Shown: positions 10,088-20,314, counted from the whole stretch's first letter. The stretch: DNA of 59,967 nucleotides, filler included, from 4 parts of 4 records of this genome joined end to end with filler, not necessarily neighbours in it; one strand, 5' to 3'. Notes: a model not told the origin generated them from the sequence alone. Numbers and translations are program-made.

Positions 10088-11308
10088 TTAAACAGGGTCG
10101 AAAAATGATGCAAAGCCTCCTGCGGTTGGTTCATAGGCGCAATAAAGAAAGGCTTGATCTACATATTTAACACCTACATTGAGTAATGTTTCCCGGTCAA
10201 ATGACTCTGCTACAATTTGACTCTGGTCTCTTTTACTTTTCAGTTCAACGAAAACAGAACTGGAAGAATCATCAATCTCGTCAACACGCCCAAGGAAGCA
10301 ATCAAAAATTATTGGCAAATCGTACTTGCGACAAATTTTTTCGAAGTAGCTTAAGGCACTTTTTTTAACATCGGCAAGTCGATTGTAAATCGCCAGCAAA
10401 ATCTGTAGTTTTCCCGTATCATCAAACTCTTGGCAAAATGTAAGCACATATTTGTGTTTCCCTTCGAGATAAGCTCTTACACAAGCCTCTGTAACTGAAA
10501 TGCTAAAAAAACACCTCCATGGCTGCGGAATGTTTCTTAAACTTTCTCCAGCCAATTTTCTTTGTTTGTTGAGCTTGTCAAATGAGTTTGTATTCCAAAA
10601 AATTAATGGTGCATAGTGTAGACCTCCTGAAATATTTTTTAATGATTTTATTGTTGGATAGCCATTGAATTCTTGAGAATTGACATTGTTTTCAATGCTG
10701 GGACCGACCAATCCTCTTATAATACTTTGTCCATGTGCAAATACCCAAGATAGCTCTTTAAAGCTGTTGAAGTATTTTTCAATCCACTTATGACTATATC
10801 TAGTGACTTGTCGATAAATTTGCATCCGCTTTTTAACTGGCTTTGTGTAAAATGAGATACTTTGTTCTAGAGGACTTGTTGCTACATCCTCTTCGGTGAG
10901 TGTTCGAAAAGGATCAAATTGTTTTTTGATTTTTTCGGGGTCAGGGCCAAATATCTTGTCAAATTGAAGCATCTCAAATGGACTTTTATCAATATTTTGC
11001 TCCTCTGGCATTGAAGTGTATAAGCAGATGCGGGAGTTCTCTTGAAAACTGTGCACATATTTTGCCACATCTAAACCATCATTAACTGTAGTTCCGTTTA
11101 TTTTAAACGGTGGGGTCCAACAGCTGAGATTCTTATCAACAAGTATAGAATCGAAATTCTCATGTAATATAGTATCTTTCATTTGGACAAAGGAACTAGG
11201 TCCAATTACTTCATAATTGAACCATTTCTCGAAAATATCAACAATTGGTACTCGAGTTTCCGCAACATCCTCTACAAGCAAAACCTTATATCGTCTTCGA
11301 GAGTTCAT
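10088..11308 (-). CDS. Receiver-domain protein with uncharacterised C-terminal domains
   Basis: N-terminal LLVED, ILVD (phospho-Asp), LYTS, FDK receiver pattern; ATGA overlap with upstream kinase; no obvious HTH output. Confidence 0.7.
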   Translation of the reverse strand: MNSRRRYKVLLVEDVAETRVPIVDIFEKWFNYEVIGPSSFVQMKDTILHENFDSILVDKNLSCWTPPFKINGTTVNDGLDVAKYVHSFQENSRICLYTSMPEEQNIDKSPFEMLQFDKIFGPDPEKIKKQFDPFRTLTEEDVATSPLEQSISFYTKPVKKRMQIYRQVTRYSHKWIEKYFNSFKELSWVFAHGQSIIRGLVGPSIENNVNSQEFNGYPTIKSLKNISGGLHYAPLIFWNTNSFDKLNKQRKLAGESLRNIPQPWRCFFSISVTEACVRAYLEGKHKYVLTFCQEFDDTGKLQILLAIYNRLADVKKSALSYFEKICRKYDLPIIFDCFLGRVDEIDDSSSSVFVELKSKRDQSQIVAESFDRETLLNVGVKYVDQAFLYCAYEPTAGGFASFFDPV

Positions 11309-14169
11309 TTGCTAACCTCTTTCAATTTCGTCGGTAGATAGACGTAGAAAGTTGTACCTTTTCCGCCTTGATTCGCTCTGAAATCAATTCGTCCACCATG
11401 ACGTTCAACTATATACTTGCTGATTGGGAGGCCCAATCCTGATCCATCGCCGCTTATGGTCCGAGTGAAATCAGGTTCGAAAATTCTTGAATGAAGTTCT
11501 GGTGGAATTCCCCTTCCATTGTCCGTAACCCTTAACCGAATAAATCCTTCATTATTGGGAGTATCAACACCGATCGTAATTGTGCCATTACGATGAATTG
11601 CGTTGATGGCATTTTTTAACAAGTTCATTAAAAGATGTCGAATCTGATCATGATCAAAGAGTATTTTTGGCGTTCTCGGCAATTCAAGTTTTTTTATAGA
11701 AATGTTTCTTCTTTCTGACACAACTTGCAACATATCAATGGATGTGTCTATCACCGCTTCTATCTGATTGAATTTTGGACGAAAGTCTTCAATTAACCCT
11801 TTAGTAAACTTTAAAATCTTTTCGAACTCTCCTGCAAGGCCTGACAGGGGAACGTCTATTCTATCCACAAGCTTTTGAACATCTTTCCAAATGACTTCGC
11901 CCCCTTTCCCTTTTCTCAATTCGGTTTTCAATAAGGCGAAATTTAAATTAATTGGATTGACAAAGTGATTTGCTGTGTTGTGGGCAAGCATTCTTACTAG
12001 CTCGCTGCCGGTTAATGAAACCGAATCGCGCCGGCGAGATTCCCAAAGCTTTTGATTTTGCTTTGCTAGAATTGTATAGCCTATAATTGTTTCTGCTTGA
12101 CGAGCAAACGACTGGATAAGTATTTTAGATAAACCACGAAAGTTGTTGCTTGATCTGTAGTTCACAAATAGAACTCCAACTAGGTCACGCTTGTATTTTA
12201 AACGGACGGCTGCGAGGGATTTGATTTTTTCGCGTGTCCAGAAATCTACACTGTAATGTTTGCTTTGCCAGTTTCGATTTACGCCCTTGAGAAAATCTTG
12301 AAATTCACGTTTATTACAGAAATATTTTGTTCCAGATTCAAGTATCTTACTTGCCAAATCTTCATCGGTGATCTGATTTGTGAACTCTTTTACATTTTTA
12401 TAGAAAAGCTGGCCAGAATAAATCATCCCGTGCAAGAATGACTGTTCTTCAGGATCATACTGGAAAATCACGACAGGATTTGCGTTTAACACGTTTAGAG
12501 CTTCCTCAGTTAATTTTTCCAATACATGAACGTGATCTTCATTTTCCGGAATTAGATGCTCTGAAATATTGGTGCTAGAGTTTACCAAGTTTACATGTCT
12601 CACGGCACTTGAAACTTTGCTGGCCAGAAGTTGTAAGAAAGAACGTTCTTCTTCAATTAGTCTTGCATCTTGTGTGCGAAAAATGTCGACAACTAAAATG
12701 GATTCCACTTCGGACCAAATTGGAACAATCACTAATGACTTAAATCCGTGTTTGATACAGAAGCTTGAGTACTCCAAACTATCATTGGCTATTTCGTCGT
12801 GACCAACTTGGGTTATTGAACGTTTATTGATGGCGATTCCGGTCAGACTGATTGGGCTCAATTTTGAAATATTGGCTTCTTTACATTTAGACTGAAATGG
12901 TTCACTTGCATAAATTAGTTTGAGGTGAAAACCGTTTTTCGTTGTTATCTTTCTCCATATACTAACAAAATTCGTGTTAAAGTACTTTTCGACAAGTTCT
13001 AGAGTCTTTTGGTATATGTCGTTCAAATTTGAATTGAAATAGAGGGGAGTGGCCAAATGTTCGAGTGCTTCCTGGACTCTAGATTGTCGATATACAGTTG
13101 TTAAGATAGAGTTTGCATATGTCTGAATAGTACGAATTTCTGACTTGGGAAAATTTCTTTTGATGTATGTGTAACACTCAATGTATCCAATCAATTGACC
13201 GTCGCAAATTATTGGAACGGCTAAAGCGGATCCAAATCCGCCTTCAAAATATTTTGTTTTATCTGCTATTGGTGGGTTCGAATGATCTGACTGTGTCGGG
13301 GTTGAATCACAATCTGTTTGGCAAGGCGTAAGACTTGTCCAACCATTAGTTAATTCAGACATATCTATCGCAGAAAATGGAGAAGTCCTCTCTGGAAACA
13401 TCGCCACAATCTTGGGGTCATTTGCTCCGAAGTCAATCAATCGGACAACACATAAACCATAATTGAGAATTTCAGCACATATCTTAGCGACGTCCTCAAA
13501 TACACTCTCAATATCTTTCAAATTTACGGACAGATTCTGACTTAAACTAAAAAGAGACTGCAACTTCTCTTCGTTGACTTTGGCAGCCAAAACGGCTTCA
13601 AATTTTGACAAATAATCAACGCAATTCTCTTCATCTTGCTTTGAAAAGCCATCTTTATCTAAGGCATTTTGATTTTCTGATAGTTTATTGAGGAGTTTTA
13701 CAACTCCTTCGAGTCTACCTCTCAATCTGAAAGGAATAAATAAAAAACTTCTAAAATCATTATAACTTGACCTGCGGCCATAATTCTGTATGTAGTCCCA
13801 CCTAATGGATTTATCCACCAAATCACACTTAGAATTCTGATTTGTAATTGATCTGGAATTTAGGTCTACTATACATCTTACGAGGTTTTGATCTGCCAAA
13901 GGGTATTTTCCGGTGATCCCCTCATTAAGCCTATAATTTTCTTCTCTGTTTAATCCTTCTGGAAGTCCGGCCCTACCCTTTGTAAAGAGTAAAGCTTCAG
14001 GCGCATTCCATTGTAAAATGACTACTGTTTCACAATTGAATTTATTCTTGAGCAAATCCGATACGAAGTCAAAATACTCTCCAGAAGAAAGTTTTGAAAG
14101 TGAACTAACCAAATCCAGTTCACCAAACTTACTTTCACCCTCATCTTTTGTTTCTTCCCTTTGATTCAA
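11305..14169 (-). CDS. Cytoplasmic multi-GAF sensor histidine kinase
   Basis: About four GAF-like units (FLFIPF..GVVKLLNK, LAVPII..IGYIECY, LVIVPI, LAAVRL..VGVLFVNYR); LAHN H-box, NLLKNA, DNGRGI, FEPDFT, GSGLGL; no TM helices seen. Confidence 0.9.
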   Translation of the reverse strand: MNQREETKDEGESKFGELDLVSSLSKLSSGEYFDFVSDLLKNKFNCETVVILQWNAPEALLFTKGRAGLPEGLNREENYRLNEGITGKYPLADQNLVRCIVDLNSRSITNQNSKCDLVDKSIRWDYIQNYGRRSSYNDFRSFLFIPFRLRGRLEGVVKLLNKLSENQNALDKDGFSKQDEENCVDYLSKFEAVLAAKVNEEKLQSLFSLSQNLSVNLKDIESVFEDVAKICAEILNYGLCVVRLIDFGANDPKIVAMFPERTSPFSAIDMSELTNGWTSLTPCQTDCDSTPTQSDHSNPPIADKTKYFEGGFGSALAVPIICDGQLIGYIECYTYIKRNFPKSEIRTIQTYANSILTTVYRQSRVQEALEHLATPLYFNSNLNDIYQKTLELVEKYFNTNFVSIWRKITTKNGFHLKLIYASEPFQSKCKEANISKLSPISLTGIAINKRSITQVGHDEIANDSLEYSSFCIKHGFKSLVIVPIWSEVESILVVDIFRTQDARLIEEERSFLQLLASKVSSAVRHVNLVNSSTNISEHLIPENEDHVHVLEKLTEEALNVLNANPVVIFQYDPEEQSFLHGMIYSGQLFYKNVKEFTNQITDEDLASKILESGTKYFCNKREFQDFLKGVNRNWQSKHYSVDFWTREKIKSLAAVRLKYKRDLVGVLFVNYRSSNNFRGLSKILIQSFARQAETIIGYTILAKQNQKLWESRRRDSVSLTGSELVRMLAHNTANHFVNPINLNFALLKTELRKGKGGEVIWKDVQKLVDRIDVPLSGLAGEFEKILKFTKGLIEDFRPKFNQIEAVIDTSIDMLQVVSERRNISIKKLELPRTPKILFDHDQIRHLLMNLLKNAINAIHRNGTITIGVDTPNNEGFIRLRVTDNGRGIPPELHSRIFEPDFTRTISGDGSGLGLPISKYIVERHGGRIDFRANQGGKGTTFYVYLPTKLKEVSK

Positions 14170-14661
14170 TACAGCCCCCTAAATGAGCAAAGAAACTAGC
14201 TGCACTAGTTTGTGTGCAGGTGGTGATAGGGTAATTTCATACAATTCGGCTTAATTGATCTCATTGCTTGTGACCCTACAAATAAGCTCCACATTACATT
14301 TGCTTTTCTTGCTAGAAAGATAATTTTGGGATTATTCTCACAAATCATGGTCATTTGCTGCTAAATAATCACAAGCATGAATAATAACGAAGCTGAACAT
14401 GAAAAGCAAGGTGAAAATATCAACTCACATTCATCATTGTGTGTAGGCCCGTCTGTTATCGTCTCAATTCAAACATGTAAGGAGGCATTTCAGTCAAAAA
14501 AATTTGTATTCAAGTGGTTTACCGCCACTAATTCGCTTTCTCAACTAAGTTGCTCAAAAGTCACATTTGATGAATCTGAGACTAAAGAAAATGTGGTCTT
14601 GTTCAGAAACAATTGTAATATTGTTGTAGGATTATGTCAATCTTGATTTGAGATAATCATT

Positions 14662-15315
14662 TTATGTCACCTCCCTAATCACAAACGGCGGCGGAAAACC
14701 TACATCATACGCACACTCAAACTCACTCTCCGACAGCGGTCCTGGCTGAATGCCAAAAATATCGCCATTGATGACCATGCCCCGCAATCCATGCAGCGCC
14801 AAATTTATCGCGCACATTTGCGCCATGCGACGATCTATGTCCACTCCGTAGAGCATTGCACCGGGACGCAAACTACTCGCTGACAAGAGAAAGCGCCCTG
14901 AACCACAACAGGGGTCGAAAACCGGAGCATCACTGACGCCTGTCAGCGCAATTACGAAATCGACTAGGTCGTCTGGTGTGAATACCTGGCCAAGCCCACG
15001 ATCACCAAGACCCGCACTCTCGAAGTAGTCGCCGATGATATCGCCCCGTTCCTGCTTCATGCCGACCAGGAAAGTGTTCAGCGCCTGATCAAACTCGTAG
15101 AAAGCGGATTCTTTGAAAGTCTCACCTTCTTGTACTCGCCATTTCTTCATGAGCGTCAGAATCTCGTGGATTCGCGTTTGTCCGCTTAGGTGACAAATTG
15201 TCAACTCAAGGAAGTCTGTGAAGATTACATCCAGAGATTCGCCCCTGGCGACGAGACGTTCAAAATGGACGTGCATCTCTTTGGCGGTTTCTGTTTTGAA
15301 TGTTGGAGTCGGCAT
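14662..15315 (-). CDS. N-6 DNA methylase-like protein, short mobile-element type
   Basis: GQVFTP, DPCCGSGRFL (motif I), GVDID, AINLAL; no NPPY/F motif IV. Confidence 0.75.
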   Translation of the reverse strand: MPTPTFKTETAKEMHVHFERLVARGESLDVIFTDFLELTICHLSGQTRIHEILTLMKKWRVQEGETFKESAFYEFDQALNTFLVGMKQERGDIIGDYFESAGLGDRGLGQVFTPDDLVDFVIALTGVSDAPVFDPCCGSGRFLLSASSLRPGAMLYGVDIDRRMAQMCAINLALHGLRGMVINGDIFGIQPGPLSESEFECAYDVGFPPPFVIREVT

Positions 15316-15424
15316 AGATGAAATTGGGTGCTATTTAACTAGAGAGAGGAGTTTAAACATCTTGTCCGGAACCCACACAGGCTGTAGCCTGATTGAGCAA
15401 CTTTGAACGTGAAAATGGAAATCG

Positions 15425-15928
15425 TCAGCAGTTGTAAATAGCCGTAGTACTGTAATTGTACGTGCGTACAGACTTTGAATCCTTGAAGTTCCAATCCGAC
15501 ATATCAATTCCAACTTTCTGCAATTCTATAATCGATAAGCACAAACATTCAGTGGGGGCATCCTCAATATAAAAGACGAAGTTCGCCAGCTCGTTTGCGA
15601 GTGTCTTTGGTGTTTTGATCGCTTCCTGTAGATACTCAATTTCAACATCACTAAGACTCCGCATCTCTGTAAAATTGCTACTACCGGAAGGATTGAACTC
15701 GGACACTTGTTCACGGTGCTGCCTGGCAAATACAGTCAGTTGTCGATTCAATATGCCAAGCATGATTCGAAGGTTAGAGTTAAGAAACGGTTGGAGCATG
15801 CGCAGTTTTGCAAGAGCCATATGTGCTTTTTCTACGTTTGCAATATCTTCTGCCGATGACCGAGTGTTTAAGTCTCGACTACGAAGCAGCAATGAATTCG
15901 GAGTAAAAGTAGAGATTCGGTTAACCAT
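15425..15928 (-). CDS. Hypothetical protein
   Basis: 167-aa ORF with GGGGAG RBS, codirectional with neighbours; no motif recognised. Confidence 0.5.
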   Translation of the reverse strand: MVNRISTFTPNSLLLRSRDLNTRSSAEDIANVEKAHMALAKLRMLQPFLNSNLRIMLGILNRQLTVFARQHREQVSEFNPSGSSNFTEMRSLSDVEIEYLQEAIKTPKTLANELANFVFYIEDAPTECLCLSIIELQKVGIDMSDWNFKDSKSVRTYNYSTTAIYNC

Positions 15929-16323
15929 TTTGACTCCCCTGGAAATGCCGTCGCGAGAACACTTTGCCGCCGATCAGTTCGGTGCAGGGTCTGGTGCAAC
16001 CTGCATGCGCGATCGGCAGAATGTTGCTCGAATTGGAAAATGATTGATTCGATTGAAGGCAAAACTAAGTAGTAAAATTGGTGCGGTGAAATTGTCAGCT
16101 CTTAACAAAATGACATGTTTTTGATAGGTGGAATACTTGAGTACGCTCTAAGTTCAGGTGTGTACTTTAAGGGGCACCGTATAGTTGCACACTAAAGTCG
16201 CAAAATGAAGGTGCATTCAAATGAGGTTTAATGCGCTTAGGTTCTTAGCGCTTGGAGGCTTATGATAGTTTAGTCTGCCGAAAAACTAAGCCGTGACATC
16301 AACCACCTTTTTGTTGGTGCGCA

Positions 16324-17886
16324 TTACGCTTGATGAATTATCACACCTTCATTTTCAATATTTTGAAGCTCACTCAAGATTAGCTCGACGAGGTGTTCGT
16401 AAGGAACAATTTCTTCCAATGCGAGGCCGCCCTGGTCCTGAACGCTGCCATAAGTCGAATTGCTCAAATCATTCAGTAGACTCTTACTTGCCCCTCGTAC
16501 GCTTGAATGATTGTACTGATGATTAATCATTGAACCAAACAATCGAATCAGGATCTCCGTACGATTGAAACGCCCGACCTCGTCTGAAGGACGAATGTGG
16601 CGATACAGTAAGTTGCGCATTGCGTTGAACCGCGACTCGACCAACTCGAAGTGTCGCTGGCGTAAATAGTGCAGGAGCTGGAACACAAGGATGGCAATGT
16701 ACATACCGCTTTTTTCCTGTCGCGTTTCTGACAGCTCTTCAAGTGTGTAGTTTAAGCTGAACGCCATTCCACGCACGGTTTCCTTAACAGGTAGCAGTGA
16801 TTCGTCCTGAATTAACAAACGCAGATAGGCTTCAAATATGCTCCACACTTCAAGGCGACGTCCCAATTGCTTCATTTGATTGAGACCGATAGCCCAACGA
16901 AATAGATCGGCAGTTTTGCGGTAGTCTTTGGCATGTATACAGATTAACACATATACTTCAGCAACTGCAAACCAATTGTTTGTACCAATGTCTTCCAGAT
17001 CCAGGGCAGCGGCAGAATGTGAAGCCGCAGATTCATGATTTCCACAAAACAGTTCACAACGAGCCATGTAGTGTAATGTAACTACTCGCTGTGCGCGAAA
17101 GTCGAAGCGTTTGTTCGAATCCAAGAATTGTAGGTAGTTGGAGTAAACAACTCTGGCTGCTTCGTAGTCTCCAAGCAGACGGAAAATGCTTCCGGCAACC
17201 TCCATATAGTTGGCATGTAATGAACGGGTGTTAAACTTTTTAAGATCACTCTCTAGCCTGGGTAATTCATTTTTCAACATCAATGTTTCGCGGGTGCCGG
17301 GCATTAGCTGCGAGGACATTAAACTGACCAGGTCAGTTCTCAAGCTCTGCGCAAATTGTTCGGCCGCTACTATCACCAGCAATTCATCGGCTAATTTGCG
17401 GAAACGGAGGTATTCTTCTCTGGGACCAAATTTGCTATGCAGATTGCGCATCATGGAATAACAACGCAGAAGAACAAAGGTTTGATCGTACTCTTCGGCG
17501 GTTTTGATAGTCCGGCTTAGAATGTATTTGAGTGCTCGATGTGACTGGAACATTTCGAGCAGCTCCGCCACAAAAACTTCCTTCTTCGTTTTGTAGCTGT
17601 TAATCGCATACTGGCTGTACTTTGGCGAACGCAGATTGAGAAAGAATAGAACATTCGTCAAATTATTAACAAGTGTGTATTTAAGTTGGCGGTAATTGGC
17701 ACGCCCGCGGCGCGTATCCGGGTAGAGATCCTTGGCAGCTTGTTCGTCGCTTGTATAGGTGCCGGAAAAGAAACCTTGCAGTAGTTTGGTTGAGAGGTTA
17801 TCTGTCTTCAGCAGCACCTTGGTTGCAGGATCTTTACGGCTCACTAGTCGGCGAATAAGGTGATAGATTTCGAGTATAACGTCCAT
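16324..17886 (-). CDS. Large alpha-helical (TPR-like) hypothetical protein
   Basis: Helical repeats; N-terminal SDEQAAKDLY...YRQLKxxL pattern that I recall from Bacteroidota-related hypothetical proteins; ATG 17886 has GGGGA RBS (track ORF begins 18069). Confidence 0.7.
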   Translation of the reverse strand: MDVILEIYHLIRRLVSRKDPATKVLLKTDNLSTKLLQGFFSGTYTSDEQAAKDLYPDTRRGRANYRQLKYTLVNNLTNVLFFLNLRSPKYSQYAINSYKTKKEVFVAELLEMFQSHRALKYILSRTIKTAEEYDQTFVLLRCYSMMRNLHSKFGPREEYLRFRKLADELLVIVAAEQFAQSLRTDLVSLMSSQLMPGTRETLMLKNELPRLESDLKKFNTRSLHANYMEVAGSIFRLLGDYEAARVVYSNYLQFLDSNKRFDFRAQRVVTLHYMARCELFCGNHESAASHSAAALDLEDIGTNNWFAVAEVYVLICIHAKDYRKTADLFRWAIGLNQMKQLGRRLEVWSIFEAYLRLLIQDESLLPVKETVRGMAFSLNYTLEELSETRQEKSGMYIAILVFQLLHYLRQRHFELVESRFNAMRNLLYRHIRPSDEVGRFNRTEILIRLFGSMINHQYNHSSVRGASKSLLNDLSNSTYGSVQDQGGLALEEIVPYEHLVELILSELQNIENEGVIIHQA

Positions 17887-18060
17887 ATTTTCCCCGTTTT
17901 CAGCATATTTTCGGCAATCACCATCAGACTGATAGAGTTTTTCCTGTAAAACAAGAATGACACTTGTAGTAACTTGCTTGTGTGTGGTATCGACGTCATT
18001 CGTAAAATTTGCCTGAACCTGCTCCCCAAATTTCAACAGGCAATACTTAAGAGTCGAATT

Positions 18061-18276
18061 ATGGCACAAGAAGTTCTACTTTGCATCCTTCTGTATCTAT
18101 CCGTGATATTCAGTCCTGGTGAATACACCGAAGCCGAAATTGATGATTTTGAAGTTCAGTATCAGGCAGCAATAACAACTATCCACAACGATCCTCAGCT
18201 TGAGGCAAGCATTGTCACGGAATACTCGCCACAGTTGGAATTCATTGGTATTATTGACGGCGATGCAGTTAACTAA
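18061..18276 (+). CDS. Small acidic protein with hydrophobic N-terminus (71 aa)
   Basis: MAQEVLLCILLYLSVIFSP hydrophobic stretch then D/E-rich body; divergent from the TPR-like gene. Confidence 0.55.
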   Translation: MAQEVLLCILLYLSVIFSPGEYTEAEIDDFEVQYQAAITTIHNDPQLEASIVTEYSPQLEFIGIIDGDAVN

Positions 18277-18560
18277 GCCGCTTAAAGTCTGCGTTCTCTT
18301 GCGTTCGGCAGTGGGATGCACAAAGAGAACTCCGCAGAATTCTTAGGCGATTGAAGATAATTGATATACGCCTGTCAGTCAAGTCTTGATCTTGGCAAAA
18401 GCCGCGATTCAGGTTGAATTTGGCTGATCTGTCATACCGTAAAAGACTGAACCTCTATAATGCTTGATCGCTGGCTGTTTGAAACTGATTCTGGAGAAGT
18501 CGCTGCGCCACTGCGGTCGGTGTGCTTGACAGTGTGGCCTTGTGGCAAGGGAGCATTGAC

Positions 18561-18764
18561 TCAGCGAATATCCGAATTGAAAGGAATGTCTTCATCTTCC
18601 TTGACTTCGATGTTGCGTACCAAATCGAAGAGGCCGTATTTGCGACAGGATTTGCAGTAGAACTTTTGCTGTCCGGTGTCGCTTGTCCCGTTGTAGGTCG
18701 TTTGCATCGAGCCACACTTGGGGCAAGGCCGTCGCGGCTTGATGTTTTTGCTTCTATCTGGCAT
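18561..18764 (-). CDS. Small zinc-ribbon protein (IS1 InsA-like ribbon)
   Basis: CPKC...NG...GQQKFYCKSC pattern. Confidence 0.55.
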   Translation of the reverse strand: MPDRSKNIKPRRPCPKCGSMQTTYNGTSDTGQQKFYCKSCRKYGLFDLVRNIEVKEDEDIPFNSDIR

Positions 18765-18827
18765 ACTGAGGTTCTACTGGTACAAAATTGAATGTGCGGA
18801 TACTGAGTTGAGTTTGATACGATTTCT

Positions 18828-19268
18828 TCAGCCTTGAACTTCAGAGTCATTTGTAGTCGCCGAAACACTTGCACTCAAACGAGACTTAGCTTTTGCATAC
18901 AGATTGGCTGCAAAATCACGCACGGCAAACGGCTGCCCAAAGTCATCGGCAATTGAAATCTTCCAGCCAACATCCAGATTTGGCTCCTGGAATAGCCGTT
19001 TTTTGAGTTCCAGCAGTTCAGATGTCCCGCGAATACTATTGCCGCCAGAAATTGCGTCGCAGGAGTGGAGAAACTCACTGTAGTAAGTACATGCGCAATG
19101 TTCTTCCGGACTCAGCTTGTTGTGCAAATCTGCTTGTTTGAGTCGATCCAGGAATAATCGGGCGCAACTGAGAGGATAATGATCAGCGAGGACTATGAGC
19201 GATAGTTGCGCGTGAGCATGTTTTAGGAGTTCGGGGTCGTTGGTGAGGTTGTGGATTGGATGGTGCAT
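18828..19268 (-). CDS. Hypothetical protein
   Basis: 146-aa ORF codirectional with the zinc-ribbon gene; no motif recognised. Confidence 0.45.
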   Translation of the reverse strand: MHHPIHNLTNDPELLKHAHAQLSLIVLADHYPLSCARLFLDRLKQADLHNKLSPEEHCACTYYSEFLHSCDAISGGNSIRGTSELLELKKRLFQEPNLDVGWKISIADDFGQPFAVRDFAANLYAKAKSRLSASVSATTNDSEVQG

Positions 19269-19552
19269 TTGTCATCTGTGGAATGTAATTACTGATTGGA
19301 AGTTTCTCCATTTCTCGGAATCGCATACAACAAACACTCGGTAGGATTTAGATCGTATTTGCTTCTTCCGCATCAATTCTTAAACCAAGTTATGTACTTA
19401 TCCTTGGCAGTCAAAAACATCAGTGGTGGGATAGATGACGTCAAACGGACTTGAATTTAAGCCCGGATACAGTGATTCAATAGGAATGAGAAAATTTCAA
19501 GAATGACGGGACATGACACTTTTCCGTAAGTACTCTGTGTGATTGGTCGAGT

Positions 19553-19738
19553 ATGCCGTCAGCACCGCTAGACTGTTTCACACGACAATTCGAGCCGATT
19601 GAATGCGAACTGGAGCGATCGCAACGGCGAGAATTTGATGTGTCGGTTCTACAGTCACTTGGGCTATATCCAGGAATCTATATGGAGCGAATTGCTGACG
19701 GCATTGCTCAGATAATGGCGGAGTTGATGCATTGTTGA
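19553..19738 (+). pseudogene. Possible relic of a type IIG-like restriction-modification enzyme C-terminus
   Basis: ELERSQRREFDVSVLQSLGLYPGIYMERIADGIAQIMAE resembles the RxxLDxxVLxxLGL..YxxRIYxGL tail of such enzymes; no intact upstream frame. Confidence 0.3.
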
Positions 19739-20287
19739 GCCACTCTTGTTAAACAGGGTTATTGGTATTTGGCGTACACCAGGGTGAACCACTTTCGCAT
19801 AACAATGAGGCCATAAGTCGGGATTTTCCATTAAGATTTGATAACTCCTGGCGTATTTCACTGCATTATAGTATAACGTGTAGATCTTCTTCACCCTTTG
19901 AAGCTCTAGATTCGAAACATTCAAGAGGAATTTTCAGCACTTATTCATAAAGGAAAACAAGGCATTGAATGACTGGTATTGAGTGGATGCCGAAACTTTT
20001 CTATCAACTGCATGATCAGAAGGAAATTCTGATATACCCCTAGATCTTATTTCTACTTGATACTTCTGATGGTAGAAAACAATGAAACGATATACCTAAG
20101 CGGTGAGTGATATTCCTGTAGTATAATTCGGATAGTTTGCAGGCATCTCTGCCCTAACGTTATCTAAAGACTTTGATCTTTTTATCTCAGATATATATAT
20201 TCTGTATATTGCTGCAATACAAGCGTGTTATACTAAATACTATTAGCCAATCTTAAGAAAAAGATGAGCCGCATGAGTAACATATAT

Positions 20288-20314
20288 TACTGCTAAATGC
20301 AGCATTTTGCAGTA
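20288..20314. repeat. Near-perfect 27-bp palindrome upstream of the 2TM gene
   Basis: TACTGCTAAATGC-A-GCATTTTGCAGTA, 12 of 13 arm positions complementary. Confidence 0.8.

Noticed and set aside
18561-18764. IS1 insertion sequence
   Set aside because: Only a zinc ribbon; no InsB/DDE frame or terminal inverted repeats found.
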